Origin: Bacteroidales bacterium UBA1173
Lineage (GTDB): Bacteria > Bacteroidota > Bacteroidia > Bacteroidales > F082
DNA: 64,000 bases
Assembly (NCBI GenBank): GCA_002311655.1
Contig: DBYZ01000003.1
Span: forward strand, 59,868 to 123,867
Direction of reading: 5' to 3'
In this document: piece after piece, positions 1 to 7,496 of the stretch
Layout of the letters: the number at the start of each line of letters is the position of its first letter
How positions within the stretch are numbered: position 1 is the stretch's first letter
Notes under the pieces: model-generated
What the model saw: the letters and a program-made list of their open reading frames with translations, nothing else
Database searches by the model: none
Told to the model about the DNA's origin: nothing
Made by a program: the position numbers and the translations under genes

Positions 1-1
1 C

Positions 2-559
2 TTGAATAAAAGGATCTCTCATTTGAATCTATCTCATAAAGCTATAGCTAGATATGGTGACTATAACAATCCAAATTCTATTTGTGCAGAGCTAAAAATT
101 TTAGGTCCAAATTGCCTTAATCTAATTCTTATAGACCCAACAGATTGTAGCGTTCCATTTTCCCTAATTGAAAAAATAACCGCTACATTAAAACATGTTG
201 ATTTGATAATCAATGTCGCAACAATGACTGATTTCAATCGCAACATACAAATGGCATTTGGAGATCCTAAACGTGCAGAAAAATATATCCGTTTTTTAGG
301 TAATGGCAGTTATTTCTCTTCATCAGAAAACATTGCTTACTGCGCAAATAAAAACTATCCCAAACTAAGAGAGTCTTTTAGAAAACATTATGCACATTCA
401 TTAGAAAATATTGGTTATAAGTATTTTGACTTTACATCAATAAGAAATTATTACGATATATTATTTGCCACTTCTAATCCAAAAGGCATTGAGTTTTGGC
501 AAAAAGCAAGTAAAACCATCGATTCACAAGGACAAAGAAGTTTAGATTTTGGAATATGA
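2..559 (+). CDS. three-Cys-motif partner protein (TcmP-like), 5' end cut by window edge
   Basis: The ORF runs from the window edge. Its stop overlaps the ATG of the downstream DUF5131 gene (ATGA at 556-559). It has a C-terminal 'YDILFATSNPKGIEFW' type ending and an 'LILIDP' motif. The assignment rests mainly on the obligate-neighbour relationship known for TcmP and Gp37/Gp68 proteins. Confidence 0.55.
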   Translation: MNKRISHLNLSHKAIARYGDYNNPNSICAELKILGPNCLNLILIDPTDCSVPFSLIEKITATLKHVDLIINVATMTDFNRNIQMAFGDPKRAEKYIRFLGNGSYFSSSENIAYCANKNYPKLRESFRKHYAHSLENIGYKYFDFTSIRNYYDILFATSNPKGIEFWQKASKTIDSQGQRSLDFGI

Positions 560-1281
560 AGACAACAAAGATAGAATGGACTGACAGAACGTGGAACCCA
601 ATTACAGGGTGCACAAAAATATCGCAAGGCTGTGCACATTGCTATGCAGAAGTGATGTCAAGAAGGCTGAAAGCTATGAATCAGGAAAAATATGCAAATG
701 GTTTTTCGGTCACATTACATGAAGATTGTCTTGACGAGCCATTATTATGGAAACAGCCTCATACCATTTTTGTTTGTTCAATGAGTGATTTATTCCATAA
801 AGATGTCCCCTTTGAGTTCATTGATAAAGTAATGAACACAATTCGTCAAACACCTCAGCATCGTTATCAGTTATTAACCAAACGAGCAGAAAGGATGGCC
901 GAGTACTTCCTTACCAACGATGTACCAGATAATGTTTGGCTTGGTGTAACCGTAGAAGCACAATCATCAAAATCAAGAATAGATTGTTTACGAGTACTTG
1001 ATGCACCTATTAGATTCCTATCGTGCGAGCCATTAATTGAGGATTTAGGAGACTTGAATCTTACAAATATTGATTGGGTCATTGTTGGTGGTGAAAGTGG
1101 CCCTCAAGCCCGTCCGATGAAAGAAGAATGGGTCTTATCAATTCAAGAACAAACCGAAAGACAAGGATCAGCATTTTTCTTTAAGCAATGGGGCACTTGG
1201 GGCAGTGATGGAATTAAACGCAACAAGCATAAAAATGGAAAGTTAATTAATGGCAAAGTGTTCCAAGCGATGCCGGTATAG
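556..1281 (+). CDS. DUF5131 / phage Gp37-Gp68 family protein with N-terminal three-Cys motif
   Basis: The N-terminus 'KIEWTDRTWNPITGCTKISQGCAHCYA' carries C-x7-C-x2-C. 'SCEPL', 'VGGESG' and 'FFKQWG' motifs typical of this family are also present. Confidence 0.8.
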   Translation: MKTTKIEWTDRTWNPITGCTKISQGCAHCYAEVMSRRLKAMNQEKYANGFSVTLHEDCLDEPLLWKQPHTIFVCSMSDLFHKDVPFEFIDKVMNTIRQTPQHRYQLLTKRAERMAEYFLTNDVPDNVWLGVTVEAQSSKSRIDCLRVLDAPIRFLSCEPLIEDLGDLNLTNIDWVIVGGESGPQARPMKEEWVLSIQEQTERQGSAFFFKQWGTWGSDGIKRNKHKNGKLINGKVFQAMPV

Positions 1282-1316
1282 CTTCTTTAGAATCCCATCC
1301 ACTAACACTATATTAC

Positions 1317-1348
1317 CAGCAGTTGTTTATATACAGCTGCTGTTTTTT
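1317..1348 (+). terminator. intrinsic terminator after DUF5131 gene
   Basis: A 9-bp stem (cagcagttg / cagctgctg, one G-T pair) with an 8-nt loop is followed by TTTTTT. Confidence 0.7.
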
Positions 1349-1392
1349 ATTTTAAAGCATAATTGCACTCAAATTGAAAACATTATTGGACT

Positions 1393-1400
1393 TATCTTTG
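1393..1400 (+). promoter_or_regulatory. Bacteroidota -7 promoter box (TATCTTTG) for the XRE-DUF2075-NUDIX unit
   Basis: It matches TAnnTTTG and lies about 30 nt upstream of the ATG at 1431. Confidence 0.6.
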
Positions 1401-1430
1401 CACTCATATTGAGAATAAGGAAAAATAATA

Positions 1431-1724
1431 ATGGAAATCAGCGATTATCAGGATCAGGTTATCATTGAGATAAAAAAGCTTCGCGAGAAGGAAGGTCTCA
1501 GTCAGGCGAAGCTCAGCGAGATATTAGGCATATCGCGCGGTCAGATGAGCAACATAGAGAATCCGAATTACACGCATAAATACACTTTGAAGCAGATTAA
1601 TGCCATCTGTGAGCATTTGAATTATCCTATTGAGAAAGTTTTTCTTCCAAACACAAGGATTAGCGCAGAATGCTCAAAAGCAATTAAAGTGCTGGTGGAT
1701 AGTATTATTAAGTATGAGGAATAA
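1431..1724 (+). CDS. XRE-family helix-turn-helix transcriptional regulator
   Basis: 'LREKEGLSQAKLSEILGISRGQMSNIEN' is a classic HTH_3/XRE signature. The protein is 97 aa. Confidence 0.85.
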   Translation: MEISDYQDQVIIEIKKLREKEGLSQAKLSEILGISRGQMSNIENPNYTHKYTLKQINAICEHLNYPIEKVFLPNTRISAECSKAIKVLVDSIIKYEE

Positions 1725-1801
1725 TTCTATATTAAAAACAAAAACGTTAAATAATTTATTGTTCATCAATAAATAATTAATGCTGCTGTAAATATATTTT
1801 T

Positions 1802-3856
1802 ATGATCAATCGTTTTTTCTATAAATCATCTATAACTAACTTTCTCAAAACTCCTGTTGACACTATTTTTGGTCAAATGTCACGCGCTGATGAGATGGAT
1901 ACTGCTGCCACCCAGAAATATGCATGGGAACAAGAAATAGAGATAATGAAAGAATCTCTTATGCCATATAATGATGAAGATGCGTGGATTTTATTTGAAT
2001 ATACCATACCCCGTCTTGGCAAGCGTGTTGATGTTGTAGTTTTGCTAAGAGAAAGAGTTTTTGTAATAGAGTTTAAGGCTGGTGAATCAGAGTTTTTACA
2101 TAATGATGTTGACCAAGTATTAGATTATGCACTCGATTTAAAAAACTTTCACCAAGGTAGTATTGATCGTTTGATTGTCCCTATATTAGTCGCAACTGAT
2201 AGTAAACAATACTCAACAACTTGCCAACTTTCACATTATGATGATGGAGTATATGAACCATTATTAACAAATGCCACTAATCTTGGCAATATTATTCAAT
2301 TGGTATTATCAGAAAACATACAATATAGAGATTATACTGTTGCTATAAATGATTGGGCTCGTAGTCGTTATTCTCCAACGCCAACAATCATTGAAGCTGC
2401 TCGATCGCTATATTTAAATCACAGTGTAGAGGATATTACTCGTCACGAAGCCGAAGGGGAACAATTAGAACGCACTACAAGCTATGTGCAACAAGTTATT
2501 CGTGAAACAAAAGCAAGAAAAGGTAAAAGTATTTGTTTCGTTACTGGTGTTCCAGGAGCTGGCAAAACATTAGTAGGCCTTAATGTTGCCGTACAGCAAG
2601 AATCAAAAGAGGATTTAGCTGTTTATTTATCTGGTAATGGCCCTCTCGTCGCTGTTCTAACTGAAGCTTTAACACGCGATAAACAAGCACAAGAAAAAGA
2701 TCGTGGTAATAAATTACTAAAAAAAGATGCTGAGCGCGAAGTTAAACGTTTTATTCAGATCATTCATCGTTACCGCGACAATATGCTTGGGAAAGTGAAG
2801 GTGGTTAACGGTAAATTGGAAATAGACCCAACAAAAGAACTAAAAGACCATATTGCAGGGTATGGAGAAGTAGAAAACATCGCAATTTTTGATGAAGCTC
2901 AACGTTCTTGGGACAAAGAACATATCTCAGCTTGGCTTAAACGTAAAAAAGGTTTTGCTGATTTTCCAATGTCAGAAGGAGAATTCCTAATCTGGTCACT
3001 TGATCAGCGAGATGACTGGGCTGTGATAGTATGCCTTGTTGGTGGCGGACAAGAAATCAATACTGGTGAAGCTGGTATTGGTGAGTGGATTCGTGCACTT
3101 AACGAATCATTCCCTGATTGGCAAATTTATATATCAAGTCAACTTACTGCCAAAGAATATGCCGAAGGAAGAGTTAAAGAATTATTGGGAAAAAACAAGC
3201 ATGTAACCTATTCTGATAATCTACATCTTGCTGTTTCTATGCGTAGTTTCCGCGCTGAAAGTTTGTCAAACATGGTACACAATCTACTAGATGGCGAACC
3301 GAATAAAGCAAGAGATGTTTATAAAAACATTGCCGACCGTTATCCAATTGTGCTTACAAGAGATATAGATAAAGCAAAAAATTGGCTTAGAAATAAAGCT
3401 CGTGGAAATGAAAGATATGGATTGGTCGTATCATCAAAAGCTTATCGTTTGAAACCTTTGGCCATAGATGTTCGTTGTAAACCCGATACTGTTCATTGGT
3501 TTTTGGACGACATTAACGATGTGCGTTCTTCATTGTTTTTAGAAGATGCTGCTAGCGAATTTGATATACAGGGACTTGAATTAGATTGGACGTGTCTAAT
3601 TTGGGATGGTGATTTGCGTCACAATGGTATTAATTGGGAGTATTATGAATTTAATGGAGGCAACAAATGGAATAGAATTAACAAAAAAGAACGCAAAGAA
3701 TATCAACTAAACGCTTATCGAGTATTACTGACTCGAGCTCGTCAAGGTATGGTTATTTGTGTTCCTAAAGGAAATCCAAATGATAATACTCGACAACCTG
3801 AATTTTATAATTGTACTTATGATTATTTAAAATCTATTGGTTTTAAAGAAATATGA
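1802..3856 (+). CDS. DUF2075-type ATPase/helicase with N-terminal PD-(D/E)xK-like nuclease module
   Basis: It has 'GKRVDVVVLL...VFVIEFKAG' (a D...E-x-K nuclease-like core), Walker A 'GVPGAGKT', 'IAIFDEAQR' (Walker B/DEAQ) and C-terminal 'YRVLLTRARQGMVICVP' (SF1-like motif VI). Confidence 0.8.
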   Translation: MINRFFYKSSITNFLKTPVDTIFGQMSRADEMDTAATQKYAWEQEIEIMKESLMPYNDEDAWILFEYTIPRLGKRVDVVVLLRERVFVIEFKAGESEFLHNDVDQVLDYALDLKNFHQGSIDRLIVPILVATDSKQYSTTCQLSHYDDGVYEPLLTNATNLGNIIQLVLSENIQYRDYTVAINDWARSRYSPTPTIIEAARSLYLNHSVEDITRHEAEGEQLERTTSYVQQVIRETKARKGKSICFVTGVPGAGKTLVGLNVAVQQESKEDLAVYLSGNGPLVAVLTEALTRDKQAQEKDRGNKLLKKDAEREVKRFIQIIHRYRDNMLGKVKVVNGKLEIDPTKELKDHIAGYGEVENIAIFDEAQRSWDKEHISAWLKRKKGFADFPMSEGEFLIWSLDQRDDWAVIVCLVGGGQEINTGEAGIGEWIRALNESFPDWQIYISSQLTAKEYAEGRVKELLGKNKHVTYSDNLHLAVSMRSFRAESLSNMVHNLLDGEPNKARDVYKNIADRYPIVLTRDIDKAKNWLRNKARGNERYGLVVSSKAYRLKPLAIDVRCKPDTVHWFLDDINDVRSSLFLEDAASEFDIQGLELDWTCLIWDGDLRHNGINWEYYEFNGGNKWNRINKKERKEYQLNAYRVLLTRARQGMVICVPKGNPNDNTRQPEFYNCTYDYLKSIGFKEI

Positions 3857-4239
3857 ACCACATCGAAGTCGTAGCAGCCATCATCCAAAAAGATGATAAA
3901 GTATTCGCCACTCAACGCGGTTATGGTCAATGGAAAGACTGGTGGGAGTTTCCTGGCGGGAAAATTGAGATCGGGGAAACTCCTGAAGAGGCTCTAAAAC
4001 GCGAGATTCGTGAAGAATTATCAACAGAAATCAATATAGATAAGTTCTTTTGCACCGTGAATTACGACTATCCAAAGTTTCATCTTACAATGCATTGCTA
4101 CCTTTGTTCGTTGCAAAATGATGCCATGCATCTGAATGAACACGAAGCGGCAAGATGGCTTACAAAAAATGAGCTACCCAGTGTAAAATGGCTACCAGCA
4201 GATATTGAAATTATTAAAAAATTAAAACAAATATTATGA
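3853..4239 (+). CDS. NUDIX hydrolase (MutT-like nucleoside triphosphate pyrophosphohydrolase)
   Basis: The NUDIX box 'GGKIEIGETPEEALKREIREELS' is present. Its ATG overlaps the DUF2075 stop (ATGA at 3853-3856). Confidence 0.85.
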   Translation: MNHIEVVAAIIQKDDKVFATQRGYGQWKDWWEFPGGKIEIGETPEEALKREIREELSTEINIDKFFCTVNYDYPKFHLTMHCYLCSLQNDAMHLNEHEAARWLTKNELPSVKWLPADIEIIKKLKQIL

Positions 4240-5918
4240 AAAAACTCATATCACTAACCCTACTTCTCGCTTCAGCAGCATACGCCCTCGCCTGCACCAA
4301 CCTCATCGTCGGCAAGAAAGCATCAGCCGATGGAAGCGTGATGTGCACCTATAACTGCGACGGATTCGGATTCTCAGGATCGCTGTTCTACAGCCCCGCA
4401 GGACGACACGACAAAGACGAACTCATCGCCATCCACGGATGGGGACCAGCTCACGAAGGACAATACGTGAAACAAGTGGAATACACCTATAACGTCGTCG
4501 GACTGATGAACGAACGTCAGGTGACTATTGTCGAGACCACCTTCGACGGCAGACTGGAACTCGTAAACAACGACGGACTCCTCGACTATTTCAGCCTCAT
4601 GCGCCTCGCCCTGCAACGCTCGGCAACAGCCCGCGAAGCCATCCGCTGCATGGCGGAACTCGTCGAGGAATACGGCTACAACAGCAGCGGCGAGAGCATC
4701 ACCGTGTGCGACCCCAACGAGGCCTGGATCATGGAGATAATAGGCAAAGGCGAAGGCCGCAAAGGTGCCGTGTGGGTGGCGTTACGCATCCCCGACGACT
4801 GCATCTCGGCACACGCCAACCTCAGCAGAATCAGGCAGTTCCCGCAAGATAAGAAGAAAAGCATCAATAGCAAACAACTTAATAGGATCAACAAACCCGA
4901 AGTCGAATGCGTCTACGCCCACGATGTCATCAGTTTCGCACGCGAACAAGGATTCTACGAAGGCAGCGACAAAGACTTCTCTTTCCGCGACACCTACTGC
5001 CCCATCGACTTCGAGAATGTGCGCTACGCCGACGCCCGCGTGTGGAGCTTCTTCCGCCATCACTGCTCGGATATGGACCAGTATCTGCCTTATATCAACG
5101 GCGAATTCGACGTCTGCGACGGCATGCCTCTGTGGGTAAAACCCGACGCCCCGCTCTCTTTACGCGACCTGCAACACGACATGCGCGACCACTTCGAAGG
5201 CACACCTCTCGACATGACAGCCGACATGACAGCCGGCCCGTGGGGAATGCCGATACGCCCGCTGCCAATGCATTTCCGCTCGACCGACAGCATCGACTAC
5301 TACCGCGAACGCCCAATAGCCACACAACAAAGCGGCTTCACCATGACATGCCAGATGCGCTCATGGCTGCCCGACGACGTGGGAGGCATCACATGGTTCA
5401 ACTGCGACGATGCCGACATGGTGGCATACGTGCCGCTCTACTGCTGCATCACACAGGTGCCCGACTGCTTCCGTCCCGAAAACAATCCGCGCAACGAATT
5501 CAGCTTCGAGTCGGCATTCTGGATGAACAACTGGGTGGCAAACATGATATACCCACGATATTCGATGATGATCGGCGACCTCCGCATAGCCCAAAACGAG
5601 CTCGAAGATTATTATTTCGCCGACCAAAACGAAGTGCTGAAATCCATAGAAAAGATGACACCCGCCGACCGACGCGACTATCTCAACAAGAAAAGCATAG
5701 CCTACGCCGACCGCATGATGCAACGCTGGGATAAATTAGCCAAATACCTGATTGTCAGATACAACGACCAGATCAAACGCCGTGTCGACGAGAACGGCAA
5801 CTTCCAACGTTGGGGTCACGAGACGCCAGGCTACGACCAGCAGTTCATCGATGCCATCGGACCAGCCACCGGCGACCGTTACAAATTAAATAATGTGATT
5901 GAACGTAGAGAACGTTAG
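4236..5918 (+). CDS. C69-family dipeptidase, secreted
   Basis: A signal peptide ends 'AYALA|CTNLIVGKKASADGSVM', giving the N-terminal nucleophile Cys typical of peptidase C69. The gene has GC-rich codon usage. Confidence 0.85.
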   Translation: MKKLISLTLLLASAAYALACTNLIVGKKASADGSVMCTYNCDGFGFSGSLFYSPAGRHDKDELIAIHGWGPAHEGQYVKQVEYTYNVVGLMNERQVTIVETTFDGRLELVNNDGLLDYFSLMRLALQRSATAREAIRCMAELVEEYGYNSSGESITVCDPNEAWIMEIIGKGEGRKGAVWVALRIPDDCISAHANLSRIRQFPQDKKKSINSKQLNRINKPEVECVYAHDVISFAREQGFYEGSDKDFSFRDTYCPIDFENVRYADARVWSFFRHHCSDMDQYLPYINGEFDVCDGMPLWVKPDAPLSLRDLQHDMRDHFEGTPLDMTADMTAGPWGMPIRPLPMHFRSTDSIDYYRERPIATQQSGFTMTCQMRSWLPDDVGGITWFNCDDADMVAYVPLYCCITQVPDCFRPENNPRNEFSFESAFWMNNWVANMIYPRYSMMIGDLRIAQNELEDYYFADQNEVLKSIEKMTPADRRDYLNKKSIAYADRMMQRWDKLAKYLIVRYNDQIKRRVDENGNFQRWGHETPGYDQQFIDAIGPATGDRYKLNNVIERRER

Positions 5919-7417
5919 TGGAGAAGCACCTTCACCGTCTTCACGTCTCTTTCGTCAGAAATCTTTACGAAATAAACGCCTTGAGTGAGCTCACTAAGGT
6001 CAAACTCGGCGATTCCGTCAATGATTTTATCTGTCATGACTTGTTTGCCCAACATATCGAAAACGGCGACGTTTCCTTCTGAAATATTAGCGTTTACAGT
6101 GATTTTGCCACTTGTAGGATTTGGCATTACTGCCACTTCTATTGCCTGTTGCTCAACAACGCCGTCAGCATTGTTGCCAACCCACACATCGTCGACATAA
6201 ACGCCTTCAGCGTCGTGACCGATGCCGTTAAAAACTATCTGGTATGTCGCCGAAGGATTAGGCAGCGCTACTGTCACGGTTTCCCAGTCGCCAGTGGCTT
6301 CGGTGAAATTCAGGAGAGTGTGCCAAACGTCGTTTTTATCGGTGCGATACCCGACAATCAGCTGGTCGACAGTGCCGTAGCTCAAGCCCACCATCTGCTT
6401 GTGGTTGAATGTCAAGGTTGGATATGAAACAGCCGTCAGATCCAACGGAGTGGAGATGAGCATGGCCTCGCCACCCATCCAGATGAAAAACGCGGTGTTG
6501 TTCAAGATAAGATATCCGGGATCAATCACCCAGTCGTCAATGCCGGAAACTATCTCGGTCTGCCAACAGACAAAATTCTCTGATGCCTCAAAATCATCGA
6601 AATACGGCTCATCGTCGGTGACAACGATGACATCGCAATGTGTCTTGAACGTCGCCGGAGTCGCCCATTCCGACTCTTCGCCTCCACCACAAATCGCCTT
6701 CACAGTGAAAGTATAATTGGTCTGAGGCTCCAAACCGCCAACAGTAAACGGTTGAGTATCAGCGCTTATCATGGTACCATCCAAGTCTATGATCCAGCTT
6801 TCCTCATTGCCTGTCGTCGACCATCCGAGAGTGGCAGAAACAGCCGAAATATCAGTAGCGTGAAGGCTTATAGGACGAGCGCATCCGCCTTCACCGGCAA
6901 TCTCGATGTTGTCGACAAAAATCATGTATCCGCCAAGGCCACGGCCTAAAAACGACACCTGATAAGTCGCCGAGAGGTCGGTCAAAGTGAACGTCTCCTC
7001 AAAGAAATTCTGGTAATCGCTGATGCTGTATGTTCCCAAAGTGTGCCAGCTGTCAGTCTCCGACGAGCGGTAACTCACCACAAGTTCATCCATGTCGTAA
7101 AAACCCATCATGGCATAAGAGAAGCTGAATGTGGCTCCGTTGACACCCGAGATGTCCAAAACCGGCGAGATAAGCCGCGCCTCATCGCCTGAGTTGGTGA
7201 ATGTAAACGCCGCTAAAGTGGTGCCTGAGCCAGCCATCGTGGTCCAGTTGCCGCCTCCAACGGCCTCAACAGTCCAGCATTCGAAGGTGGTTCCTTCAAA
7301 ATCTTCGATAAAAGGCTGGCCGTCGGTGACAGTGAAATCGCATTGAGCAAATGATTTATTTAACGCGAAAACTAAGGCAATCACAGTAAAAATGGTGATT
7401 AGTAATCTCTTTTTCAT
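5915..7417 (-). CDS. T9SS C-terminal-target protein with choice-of-anchor-J-like modules and an FN3 domain
   Basis: It has a signal peptide 'MKKRLLITIFTVIALVFA' and two 'FxEDFE...CW' modules. The FN3-like segment is 'LHATDISAVSATLGWS...YTFTVKA'. The CTD is 'VMPNPTSGKITV...GVYFVKI'. I moved the start to M9 because a TATCTTTG box (7439-7446, minus) lies inside the longer ORF. Confidence 0.8.
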   Translation of the reverse strand: MKKRLLITIFTVIALVFALNKSFAQCDFTVTDGQPFIEDFEGTTFECWTVEAVGGGNWTTMAGSGTTLAAFTFTNSGDEARLISPVLDISGVNGATFSFSYAMMGFYDMDELVVSYRSSETDSWHTLGTYSISDYQNFFEETFTLTDLSATYQVSFLGRGLGGYMIFVDNIEIAGEGGCARPISLHATDISAVSATLGWSTTGNEESWIIDLDGTMISADTQPFTVGGLEPQTNYTFTVKAICGGGEESEWATPATFKTHCDVIVVTDDEPYFDDFEASENFVCWQTEIVSGIDDWVIDPGYLILNNTAFFIWMGGEAMLISTPLDLTAVSYPTLTFNHKQMVGLSYGTVDQLIVGYRTDKNDVWHTLLNFTEATGDWETVTVALPNPSATYQIVFNGIGHDAEGVYVDDVWVGNNADGVVEQQAIEVAVMPNPTSGKITVNANISEGNVAVFDMLGKQVMTDKIIDGIAEFDLSELTQGVYFVKISDERDVKTVKVLLH

Positions 7418-7438
7418 ATTGTTAAGTTTAATTATCCG

Positions 7439-7485
7439 CAAAGATAAAAATAATTTTCAAATTTCAATGTCTTTTTCTATTTTTG
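7439..7485. promoter_or_regulatory. divergent -7 promoter boxes (minus TATCTTTG 7439-7446; plus TATTTTTG 7478-7485)
   Basis: Both match TAnnTTTG. They lie about 20 nt and 12 nt upstream of the ATGs at 7417 (minus) and 7497 (plus). Confidence 0.6.
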
Positions 7486-7496
7486 CAAAAAAAATT

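Noticed and set aside
1250-1468. A 72-aa ORF spanning the DUF5131 3' end, the terminator and the XRE promoter.
   Set aside because: It crosses a terminator hairpin and a promoter box and overlaps two real genes. It has a hydrophobic junk composition.
4765-5734. Long alternative-frame and antisense ORFs inside the first C69 dipeptidase gene. Examples are 4907-5734 (+, 275 aa, Arg/Pro-rich), 4765-5139 (+) and 5361-5723 (-).
   Set aside because: Their composition (R/P/A/H-rich, low complexity) is typical of out-of-frame translation of a GC3-rich gene. They show no start context or promoter box and overlap a well-supported CDS completely.
7392-7496. N-terminal extensions given by the ORF track: GH20 at 7392, rbfA at 22356, purL at 39459, the SIMPL gene to 21736, 28444-30297 and 5915-7441.
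   Set aside because: In each case a TAnnTTTG promoter box or a repeat element lies inside the extension. An internal Met begins a proper signal peptide or the conserved family N-terminus.
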